A stretch of 61,944 nt of DNA, filler included, from an uncultured Methanosarcinales archaeon (GTDB taxonomy: Archaea > Nanobdellota > Nanobdellia > Woesearchaeales > CAYVYK01), in assembly GCA_964455675.1 (NCBI GenBank). It is 2 parts of 2 records of this genome, joined end to end, with 100 filler letters (N's around TTAATTAATTAA, not from the genome) between each part and the next. Parts side by side here need not be neighbours in the genome. Positions count along the whole stretch, not along the records: positions 31,258 to 61,944 come from CAYVYK010000019.1; 1 more part is not named here. One strand, written 5' to 3'. A program made the position numbers and the translations under genes. The notes under the pieces were generated by a model. The model saw nothing but the letters and a program-made list of their open reading frames with translations, searched no databases and was not told where the DNA came from. Below, piece after piece: positions 49,164 to 57,240 of this stretch (the stretch's first letter is position 1; each line of letters begins with the position of its first letter).

Positions 49164-49237
49164 GCCCTCGTAGTCTAACCTGGATAGGACAGGGGATTGC
49201 GGATCCTCTAGTCCGGGTTCAAATCCCGGCGAGGGCG
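49164..49237 (+). tRNA. tRNA-Arg (GCG)
   Basis: Acceptor GCCCTCG/CGAGGGC, D arm GTCT..GGAC, anticodon stem GGGGA/TCCTC with loop TT-GCG-GA, T arm CCGGG-TTCAAAT-CCCGG. CCA not encoded. TTTATAAA upstream. Confidence 0.95.
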
Positions 49238-49270
49238 GTTTCTTCACCATGCAACAAGGAATGTGCCACT

Positions 49271-49359
49271 ATTACTCCGCCGGGATTTGAACATGCACAG
49301 CCATGCATTCGCATCGCTAGCAACTCCTCACTCCGTTCGGAGTAATCCCGGCGAGGGCG
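49271..49359. repeat. tRNA-derived inverted and direct repeats downstream of tRNA-Arg
   Basis: 49278-49292 is the reverse complement of tRNA 49217-49231. 49344-49359 is a direct copy of the tRNA 3' 16 nt. Hairpin ACTCCG-TT-CGGAGT at 49330-49343. Confidence 0.85.
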
Positions 49360-49380
49360 CTTTTCAGCGCTGTAGACAGA

Positions 49381-50163
49381 CTATTCTTTCAACACATCAT
49401 CCAAAAGATCGTCAACTTCGCTTTCTTTGTATCCTGATGAAAGAAGCTCATTCCTAATTTTCGGAAGCGGCTTTCCGCTCCTCAGCTGACGGACTACCCA
49501 TGATTGCAGGGGCGGGCGATGGACACGGTTCAGAACGATGACAAGAATGAGGAGCGCGATGAGTGCACCAGCAATGACAATAAAATAGAGGGGAGCTGAC
49601 CTTGAAGAAGCACTCACCGTTCGCGGCGAGGGAAGAGTCGTCGGGGTCGGCATGACGAGGGGAATCGCGGTCGGGGAAGGGGTCACAACGATAAGAGGAG
49701 TGGGCGACGCAAGAGGGCAATCAATTCCGCAGGAATCAGATGATTCACCGTTATTACATAGACCATTTCCGCAGAACGGAACATAGAGCGCAAGACTATA
49801 CGTTTGATCCACAATCGAATCCTTCATTATACGGACTTCCACTGCATTGTTAAAATATGGGAAATTCAGAATGGAAACACCGCCAGGCAAGTTCAACGGA
49901 GTCTCGTACAGAACGGAACCTTGGGACGAAATAATCTCTAGAGCATACGGAGCCGACTGATTCTCAAGATGCGCGACAAACTCACCAGCGCCAACCGTCG
50001 CGCTATCAATCGTCAAAAACCCAGCAGTATTAATGATCGACAGCTGCACAAAGCGATCAGGATCAATAGATGCATCAGGAGTAGGGGGATCATCAAACTC
50101 ATCAAAAGACACTGCTTGGACAGCGGAAACACATACAATGAAGAGGATCACATACAGTCTCAT
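49381..50163 (-). CDS. Single-pass membrane protein with Cys motif and Pro/Thr linker
   Basis: GAGGAGG RBS, ATGA overlap, signal peptide, CGNGLCNNGESSDSCGIDC, PT-rich linker, TM, short helical cytoplasmic tail. Confidence 0.75.
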   Translation of the reverse strand: MRLYVILFIVCVSAVQAVSFDEFDDPPTPDASIDPDRFVQLSIINTAGFLTIDSATVGAGEFVAHLENQSAPYALEIISSQGSVLYETPLNLPGGVSILNFPYFNNAVEVRIMKDSIVDQTYSLALYVPFCGNGLCNNGESSDSCGIDCPLASPTPLIVVTPSPTAIPLVMPTPTTLPSPRTVSASSRSAPLYFIVIAGALIALLILVIVLNRVHRPPLQSWVVRQLRSGKPLPKIRNELLSSGYKESEVDDLLDDVLKE

Positions 50164-51974
50164 GTGCAATATCCCTCCTCATTACAGCCACGGTCAAGCG
50201 GGCATGCAGGAAAGTCCTCGCCACATCGGACACTATCACAATGAGCCATAACAGATTCATCAGCAGGAACCCACGTTCCACGCCCGTAACAACAGAACGG
50301 ATCAAGATCAAGGGAAGCCTCGCACGCACTAGCCCTCGCGGGATCAAAAGGATTCCCAAACGTCGGAGCTGCCGTCGCGGGAACGGACTCCATATTCGCA
50401 TACCACACATCTCTTGGAGTACCCGGAGGACAGTTCTCCTCATTGAAACCCTGACCGGGACCCACATCAATCGTCACGGAATTCACGTTATAATTGTCAT
50501 CCACATCCATCACGCTGCCAGCGAGGATGTGCACCTCGTTTGAACGCAAGCACGGAAGGCTCACAAAATTCGTGATGCCCTGATCGACTTCTGCATTCAA
50601 CGAATCCAGGGGCTGATGATTCAGCATGAAACCAACGGAAATCCTTCCAGGACGGTTATCCTGCACGGTGTAGGGGATACGATAGTCCTCGGGAAGCGGC
50701 TCATCACGCGCCGGAAGGAAGGAAAACTGCGCAGGAGTATTTTCTTCGATAACTTCGCGAAGTAGCGTCTGCTCCGTCACAATATGCTGACAGAATACCC
50801 CGGGATCCTCAAAAAGCTCATTCGCCGACACTCCCTCCAACGTATCAAAAGTAAAACTTGGATTGACCCTAATAACCGTCGGAGAAGAACCATATTCGAA
50901 GCACTCGGGCTCCTCGGGATCAAGGAGGAGAATGAAATCGTCAGAGCGTATCATGCTGCACTCAGACTGCGTCTTTGCGCGAATTGCGGAGAGCGTACCT
51001 GCAAGCGGGGGATCGATACGATGGAACGTTGCGCCACGAGCAAGCTCGCGCTGCTGGACTACCGAGTAAAGCGCATCAGCCGCATGCGTCACCGCGCCCT
51101 GAAATGTAACAGGCGAATCCGCACGGAAATTCTTGTTCACGATCGCAATATCAAGAGACTTCTCAAAATCATTTCCCGCATAATTGCCCATGGGGACACA
51201 ATCAGTACCTCCCACGACGGCAAAAAAGTTCTCGTAGCGCTTCACTTCCGGCTCCTTACCCTCACGATTAATGCTGAGCTCAACCGTCAGGTAATTCACG
51301 CCCGATGGTGCGTTCTTACTGTCCCACACATTACCAAAGAGACCATCATTTGGTCCGCCATCATTGTATTCACCAGTGTCAAAGAGAACAACAGAACCAA
51401 GAACCGTATCACGCTCATCAAGAAGTTTTGCCACAACCGTCGTCACGAGTTCAGGATCCTCCATGATCCTCGTCGTCAGAGAAAAGACAGTATTAGCACG
51501 CGCAGAGGGAGGACGAACCTGAAGCATCGCATTAGGAAGATCAGCTTGACGGCACTCAAACTGGCTCTTGATCGCGCCAAAGCCGGCATAACACGTATAG
51601 GGAACCTCTGGATGAGGGGCAACACAGTCCCAAAGCTCGTTGCACATGTTACGAATGAACGTGAAGTCATTACGCACACAATTTCCCTTCAGATAGTTCG
51701 TGTAACAATAAAAGTCCTCGTCCATACAGCAGCCCACATTACACGCATCCAAAGCACTGCAATCCTTCCCAACCGCGAACTCACCAGGAAACGGACAGTC
51801 AACACTCTTCGATTCCTGACAAAACCTCATGCAGCAACCCTCACTATCAGCATCGAGCGGTTTACTCTGCACGACAAAACCGGTTGGAGAAGCTGATGGT
51901 TTAATGAATGCATGAATAGAGAAAAGCGAGATTACAAGCACCACTACGACCACTGTAGTCCTCAAGGCACGCAT
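50160..51974 (-). CDS. Cys-rich secreted protein with a choice-of-anchor-X-like motif
   Basis: N-terminal hydrophobic helix plus PTGFVV, GCC...C repeats, LFDTGEYNDGGPNDGLFG. Confidence 0.7.
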   Translation of the reverse strand: MRALRTTVVVVVLVISLFSIHAFIKPSASPTGFVVQSKPLDADSEGCCMRFCQESKSVDCPFPGEFAVGKDCSALDACNVGCCMDEDFYCYTNYLKGNCVRNDFTFIRNMCNELWDCVAPHPEVPYTCYAGFGAIKSQFECRQADLPNAMLQVRPPSARANTVFSLTTRIMEDPELVTTVVAKLLDERDTVLGSVVLFDTGEYNDGGPNDGLFGNVWDSKNAPSGVNYLTVELSINREGKEPEVKRYENFFAVVGGTDCVPMGNYAGNDFEKSLDIAIVNKNFRADSPVTFQGAVTHAADALYSVVQQRELARGATFHRIDPPLAGTLSAIRAKTQSECSMIRSDDFILLLDPEEPECFEYGSSPTVIRVNPSFTFDTLEGVSANELFEDPGVFCQHIVTEQTLLREVIEENTPAQFSFLPARDEPLPEDYRIPYTVQDNRPGRISVGFMLNHQPLDSLNAEVDQGITNFVSLPCLRSNEVHILAGSVMDVDDNYNVNSVTIDVGPGQGFNEENCPPGTPRDVWYANMESVPATAAPTFGNPFDPARASACEASLDLDPFCCYGRGTWVPADESVMAHCDSVRCGEDFPACPLDRGCNEEGYCT

Positions 51975-52007
51975 GTTGATCCACCTGCTATTTGAAGTTA
52001 ATAAATC

Positions 52008-53519
52008 CTACCGATACTCCGTCTTACACTCAACCTCGCAGCTCTTCCTCTTTGGGTCATTGCAACTATGCATCGTCACGCACAATTCAACGGGAACTCC
52101 TGCAGATACCTCCTTATCGCCTCTATTTGGGCGACACTGACCGGAAGCCATCCTCTCCTGCTTTTCAATCGTAATCGTCTGATCACAGAGAGGGATAAAC
52201 GTGATACAGCTTTGACCTTCGGATTTCTTCTTCGTCGTCTTCGCCATGTGCGACGCCTGAAACGCACAGTCAGCAACCACGAGGCTTCCAAGCGAAGAGA
52301 TATCCGCCTGGATATATCCATCAATCTTGTTTGTGGATGAAGGAATAGGCTCCCAATTCATTCCATCATAAAAGAGCACCCCAATTTCTCCCGTGGGATT
52401 AGGAAAGAGGTGGGGATTGGTTTGGGACGTGTCCCAATTGAACGTCCAGGTCCTTGGAAGAGTCAGGAGTGCAGCGGGGCTGAGGGTGTACATGGGATAT
52501 TGCAGCTCGGTATACGCAAAATTCTCACGCTTCTGCACCTCTCCATTCTCGACTTCTGTAGGAACCATTGTCCTTGTGACATATCGCGGATACGCTTGAG
52601 TTATATTGATCACGCCAGGACTTTCGAGGAAAGGATCCTCAATCGCATGCAACGCAGACCGCTTATCCAAAGAATAGAGATCAAACGCGTTACCGGTCCG
52701 TCCTGGAACACCCTCATCAACAAGACGAGGGAGCGTTCTCCCGTAAAACCTTGCCGCAAACAGGATCGCAAAGTCCCTGCGGCCTTCAACAATATTCTCG
52801 GGGTCAGTAATGTTGAACAACAGAACTTTCGTGATCGAGTCTTCGATCGGATCAGGAAGAATCGTGTAGGACGCATTCATCCCAAAATGAGTCACGTTCC
52901 GCAACGCATCCTCATACATGAAATCAGGATCAAAGATACGCGTGTTCACCTGCGTCGCCAGCTCAAACATCCGACGGAACCGGAGAGGATGACGCGCCTC
53001 AAAAGTTTCAAAGGACCGCTCAGCACCACTTTTACGAAATGTCATCGGATAATACAGCTTGACAGAAACCGATTCCGCATCAAACGACACATTCGTGCGC
53101 GGAATTCCAAGCGTGATGTTCACGATCTCCTCATTCAGCGCCTCAGCAGTCACACAATTCGCCATATTCTGATGGATATAATCCACCAATCGCAAACGTA
53201 CCTCTTCCATCGTCGGCTGTACATTTGTCTCGTCAAGATACCAATAGGTGTACCTATTCCTGTAATTGGCCTTCGGAGGCGTCATGATCCAGCCGCCATG
53301 CCTCCCAAGGGCAAGCAAGCCATCAAACGAAACTTTTTCCAAACAGGATTCAACGCCCTTACCGACGCGAAGCATCTTTGAATCAAACGCGTCCGCACGA
53401 ATCATCTGGGCGTTCGAATCCTTGACACGGTTCAACTTATTAATATAGAGACCAAGGAAGACAAATGTCAGCATGACTCCAGCGATCAAGATCGCGATGG
53501 CGAGCTGACCCTTCCTCAT
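52008..53519 (-). CDS. Large type IV pilin-like protein (class III signal peptide)
   Basis: MRKG/QLAIAILIAGVML, paralogous to 53516..55711, ATGA-coupled. Confidence 0.7.
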   Translation of the reverse strand: MRKGQLAIAILIAGVMLTFVFLGLYINKLNRVKDSNAQMIRADAFDSKMLRVGKGVESCLEKVSFDGLLALGRHGGWIMTPPKANYRNRYTYWYLDETNVQPTMEEVRLRLVDYIHQNMANCVTAEALNEEIVNITLGIPRTNVSFDAESVSVKLYYPMTFRKSGAERSFETFEARHPLRFRRMFELATQVNTRIFDPDFMYEDALRNVTHFGMNASYTILPDPIEDSITKVLLFNITDPENIVEGRRDFAILFAARFYGRTLPRLVDEGVPGRTGNAFDLYSLDKRSALHAIEDPFLESPGVINITQAYPRYVTRTMVPTEVENGEVQKRENFAYTELQYPMYTLSPAALLTLPRTWTFNWDTSQTNPHLFPNPTGEIGVLFYDGMNWEPIPSSTNKIDGYIQADISSLGSLVVADCAFQASHMAKTTKKKSEGQSCITFIPLCDQTITIEKQERMASGQCRPNRGDKEVSAGVPVELCVTMHSCNDPKRKSCEVECKTEYR

Positions 53520-55711
53520 GTATAGCTCACCTCGCAGGAGAGCGTACACGTGCAGCCACAGAAGCAGTCACAATCACTGATGATCGAGCAGATCTGATAC
53601 GTCTGGCCGCCCTTCACTTGGGTGCCGGATTTCATCGAGCATTTGCCCTTCGCCTTATCGTTTTTCTCAGTGACTGTTATCGTACCGTCACACGCAGGCT
53701 TGAAATTGATGCAACCCTCTTCTTCCTTAGGCGGCTGTTCGTCCTTCTCCTTTTCCTTGTCTTTAGATGCGTTGACCGCCTGATCAACACGGCTGGTTTG
53801 ATTGCCCTGCATTGTGTAATTCGCAGGAGTTGCAGGACTCACGAGACCCGTGTTCGTCACGGAATACTCCTGTTCCTGAACGGTTGATGTTGAGAAAAGC
53901 GGCTGGGATGGGGGGGATGTCGTGTCAGTGACATGACCTGTCACAGCGGAGATTCCGGTTTTGGGAAGGTGTGGGAGCTGCATTGGCAAATTCTCGTTCG
54001 TAATCTTATCGACTGAAACAGCCGCAGTCGCGATGACAGCACCTGCACCCGCGGCACCAGTAGCGACCGCAAGAGGACCGCCGAGAGCTGTAGCCGTTCC
54101 CGTAAATGCGGATACTGTGCCCATCGTGCTTCCGAAACCTACAGCTGACAGACTAGTGGAACCAAATAGGCCCACCGAGCCGGTCGACGCTGTCGCCCCC
54201 GAAAGAGCACCACCAGTGGTTACTGTTGTTGAACCCGCTGGACCAGCAGGTCCAATAATTGAACCGGTGAGCAGAACAGGGTTCACAAGAATAATAACCA
54301 CGATAAGCACAATAACCACGATGAGAATAATGCAGGAGATCGGGGACTTGGTCATAGAGTTCTCGGCGGTGACTGTCTGTTTCTGCTGGCTATCACAATC
54401 AATCATCGTGTAATTGCTAAAGCCGTCAATCTGGGTCATGACAAAGCCAAGCTCCCCGCTCGCGTCACACTTCACAGGCTCCCAGTTCATACCGTTCCAC
54501 TTCAGCACTGCTGGCTTCCCTTTGGGGGCATGTTCTGGATCCCAGAAGTACGTCCACGTCGTTGGCTCGGAAAACATCATGCCGTTTGGTTGGTAACCAT
54601 AGACGGGATAATCAAGGTTATAGGTGATCGAACCAATCATCGTGAGTTTATCCTTCTCCTTCTTCATCGGGACGCCCATACGCGTCGCATTCTTGAAATG
54701 CATCTGCTGCACACGGATCTTGTTATCCGTCCTGGAATCATTCGAGGTGTCATCCTCCAATTTAGGCCCACGCAAGTAGATGTCCTCGGGAATAGGGACG
54801 AGCGCATCTTTGTCCGTCGAGAACACAAAAATGGGCTTTGTGGTCTTGGAGGTGTTCTCAAGATCAATCGTCCTTGGCAAGTCCGACGGATGGAACCTTG
54901 CAGCAAACCGGAACTCAAAGTCCCTTCGCCCCTCAGCGACGGATTTTGGATCACGAATGTGGAAGATAAGCTCGCGCATCGCAGAATCATTCCTCGAAGC
55001 ATTCCTTGGCGTCAGAGGAGTGGCAGAAATATTCAAGTCAAAGGGGAAGACAGCAGCAAGCGGATTACGTTTGTCAAATGTCGTGTCAAAGACGCGGTTA
55101 TTGATCTGGGTCGCCATCTCATAGATTCTGCGGAAACGCAAGTCAAACTCAAGCTGATATTGATGATTCGAGCGCTCGAAATTATCCTTACGAATGGTGA
55201 AAGGATACGAGAGGTTCATAACAACCTTTTCCGCTCCAAAATGCACAAAGGGAACCGAGCCGAAGCGCTCGACAGAGAATTTTTCCGGAAGGGAATTCCA
55301 GTCCACGCATGCATCCATGTTCGCAACGATATAATTGTTCAACTCAGCCTCCATGTCTTCAATATTTGGCTGGATATTGACCTCGTCCATCGCCCAGTAC
55401 CCAATTCCAAGCTCATTCCTTATGGATTCTGGCGGAGCGGTATAGCCACCATATTTCCCCATACGCTCAAGGCCATCCCAAGCGAGACGATAGAAGCAGG
55501 ACTCGGCCATCGTGTCAACCTTCGTAAATTGCTGATTCAGTTCGCGAAGCATGAGTTGCTGCTGGTTCGCCTCACCAAGACTCCTGCTCCTCGCGATATA
55601 TGCTGTGATGACAATCCCAATGATAAGCAAGGAGATCATGATGATGATCAAACTCAGCTGGGATTTTTTCCCCGGCATCCCCACACGGAAAATGTCGTAG
55701 GGATCCCTCAT
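53516..55711 (-). CDS. Large type IV pilin-like protein (class III signal peptide) with an internal hydrophobic Gly/Ala-rich insertion
   Basis: KKS/QLSLIIIMISLLIIGIV. Shares C...A.DGL..G..GG, YW..DE.N.QP, LRFRR.[YF]E.ATQ.N.R.FD and a C-terminal Cys-rich domain with the downstream gene. Alternative start at 55678. Confidence 0.7.
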   Translation of the reverse strand: MRDPYDIFRVGMPGKKSQLSLIIIMISLLIIGIVITAYIARSRSLGEANQQQLMLRELNQQFTKVDTMAESCFYRLAWDGLERMGKYGGYTAPPESIRNELGIGYWAMDEVNIQPNIEDMEAELNNYIVANMDACVDWNSLPEKFSVERFGSVPFVHFGAEKVVMNLSYPFTIRKDNFERSNHQYQLEFDLRFRRIYEMATQINNRVFDTTFDKRNPLAAVFPFDLNISATPLTPRNASRNDSAMRELIFHIRDPKSVAEGRRDFEFRFAARFHPSDLPRTIDLENTSKTTKPIFVFSTDKDALVPIPEDIYLRGPKLEDDTSNDSRTDNKIRVQQMHFKNATRMGVPMKKEKDKLTMIGSITYNLDYPVYGYQPNGMMFSEPTTWTYFWDPEHAPKGKPAVLKWNGMNWEPVKCDASGELGFVMTQIDGFSNYTMIDCDSQQKQTVTAENSMTKSPISCIILIVVIVLIVVIILVNPVLLTGSIIGPAGPAGSTTVTTGGALSGATASTGSVGLFGSTSLSAVGFGSTMGTVSAFTGTATALGGPLAVATGAAGAGAVIATAAVSVDKITNENLPMQLPHLPKTGISAVTGHVTDTTSPPSQPLFSTSTVQEQEYSVTNTGLVSPATPANYTMQGNQTSRVDQAVNASKDKEKEKDEQPPKEEEGCINFKPACDGTITVTEKNDKAKGKCSMKSGTQVKGGQTYQICSIISDCDCFCGCTCTLSCEVSYT

Positions 55712-55956
55712 GCTCTCAACCTCATGATCGGCGAATCCTTATTGAGCACATAGAGCTTGAAGCGCGAAATGCGCACTTCCTTGAGGATATTATCTTTGAC
55801 AAGCCTTCGAGTAATGCGGAGGGTTGTCGCTGGACTCACGTCAGATTTCGCCGCGATCTCCAGGAGGTAGAACTCATGCGATGGATTGTCAAGGAAAACC
55901 CTTAGTATCTTCGCGAGCTTTTTTTCCGCGATGAGGCTTAGAATGTCATCCATCAC
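55708..55956 (-). CDS. Small winged-HTH regulator
   Basis: KILRVFLDNPSHEFYLLEIAAKSDVSPATTLRITRRLVKDNILKE...FKLY. Confidence 0.85.
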   Translation of the reverse strand: MMDDILSLIAEKKLAKILRVFLDNPSHEFYLLEIAAKSDVSPATTLRITRRLVKDNILKEVRISRFKLYVLNKDSPIMRLRA

Positions 55957-55975
55957 AACTTTCCTGGCGTTTTCT

Positions 55976-56019
55976 GTATTTAAGAATTTCTATTATGAAA
56001 TAGTGTTTCATTAATGAAA
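55976..56019 (-). promoter_or_regulatory. TATA box plus overlapping ATGAAA/TTTCAT palindromes, candidate operator
   Basis: ATGAAA-TAGTG-TTTCAT at 55995-56011 and TTTCAT-TA-ATGAAA at 56006-56019. TTAAATA on the minus strand about 21-27 nt upstream of ATG 55956. Confidence 0.5.
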
Positions 56020-56095
56020 TCTTATATTATGGGGCTTGGGGAGTGGTAAATCCTTACCCGATAGCTTTAAAACGATCGTTGTATTCTCAGAGGAT

Positions 56096-56557
56096 ATGGT
56101 ATTTTACCTCAGATTCACGGATGGAAAGCCAGCGGACAGGGAAACTGTGCGCGAAGCGCTAAGAAAAGCGCTGCAGCCAACGTATGAACTCCTTCCCGCA
56201 GAATATGAAACACGGGAAGACCAACGGCGACCAGACGCACTCGTCCTTGGAAGGGTGAAACTCACAGTTGTGTACGACATCATGTACCGGGCAGAGAAGC
56301 GAACTAGGGAAGAAACACCGGTCGCAAGGATGATGAATGTTGACGCAATCCATGGGTCCGTGCGATTCACACAGCCCGACGACACAGGAATAGGCGTTGT
56401 ACCAGTGCATGAAATGTATTTCCACCCAACCGGAACCAACCTTCACTTCATGCTTTGCACGGGGCGCGAGCTTAAGAAACACCTACCGGGCCTTGAGTCC
56501 CTCACAGTTGGCTACATGCCTGAGCCGGATCATGAATTCTTCCTCATACAACCGTGA
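56096..56557 (+). CDS. Hypothetical protein
   Basis: GAGGA before ATG 56096, TTTAAAA upstream, and 4 bp from the next gene. Confidence 0.6.
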   Translation: MVFYLRFTDGKPADRETVREALRKALQPTYELLPAEYETREDQRRPDALVLGRVKLTVVYDIMYRAEKRTREETPVARMMNVDAIHGSVRFTQPDDTGIGVVPVHEMYFHPTGTNLHFMLCTGRELKKHLPGLESLTVGYMPEPDHEFFLIQP

Positions 56558-56561
56558 AACC

Positions 56562-57233
56562 ATGCTCATCGTCCACGAAAACATGCCACGAGAAGCGGAG
56601 TACGTTGCACAATTACTCCAAGAAGTGTACGGATTTGCGAGCGCACTTAGAAACCAAGATCTCGAAGGAATCTTTGTGCCCGCGGCACTTTTCCCCGGAC
56701 ACATGGGATCATCAGTACAGCTCAAGGACGAACTGCTGACCGTGCCAGATCAAAAGGTCATGGTTCTCACTCCACGGGATATCTATGCAGGCATCGGCAG
56801 CCAAGATGACGACTGGATCTTTGGGTACTGCTCAGGAGACCTCACACTTGCAGCGACTGCACGAATGAAAAGAAAAGACAACCAACCGAGCGCAACCGTG
56901 GAAGTTCCAACGGAACTCTATCTCAAACGAGTTGGAGCTCTCGCCGTCCACGAAGTTGGGCACGACGTCGATAAAGCACCTCATTTCAGACTCGCAACGT
57001 GGGTCAATGATAGAACAGGACATGAGCTTAGACTTGGACCTCACTGCACGGACAATAGATGCGTGATGTATGAGATTGTGGATATCCGAGCACCACCGGA
57101 GGGACACATGCGTTTAGGGGATAAGAAATGCTATGACGCCGGGCTTGATGATGTCATCGAACGGATGCATATCGGATGGTTCTGCCCGCAGTGCAAAGAC
57201 CATATCCATGTGCCCGAAGAATACAAGATCTGA
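56562..57233 (+). CDS. Archaemetzincin-like zinc metalloprotease
   Basis: LTPRDIY...WIFG, HEVGH, HCTDNRCVM (Met-turn), FCPQC. Confidence 0.8.
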   Translation: MLIVHENMPREAEYVAQLLQEVYGFASALRNQDLEGIFVPAALFPGHMGSSVQLKDELLTVPDQKVMVLTPRDIYAGIGSQDDDWIFGYCSGDLTLAATARMKRKDNQPSATVEVPTELYLKRVGALAVHEVGHDVDKAPHFRLATWVNDRTGHELRLGPHCTDNRCVMYEIVDIRAPPEGHMRLGDKKCYDAGLDDVIERMHIGWFCPQCKDHIHVPEEYKI

Positions 57234-57240
57234 CAACGCA

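Noticed and set aside
50784..55753. Long + strand ORFs 50784..51896, 52410..53381 and 54530..55753
   Set aside because: Antisense to a coherent ATGA-coupled minus-strand operon, with no recognisable motifs.
49238..55956. Integrated provirus/island at tRNA-Arg
   Set aside because: The att-like repeat is only 122 bp from the tRNA end, and no integrase or viral genes are visible.
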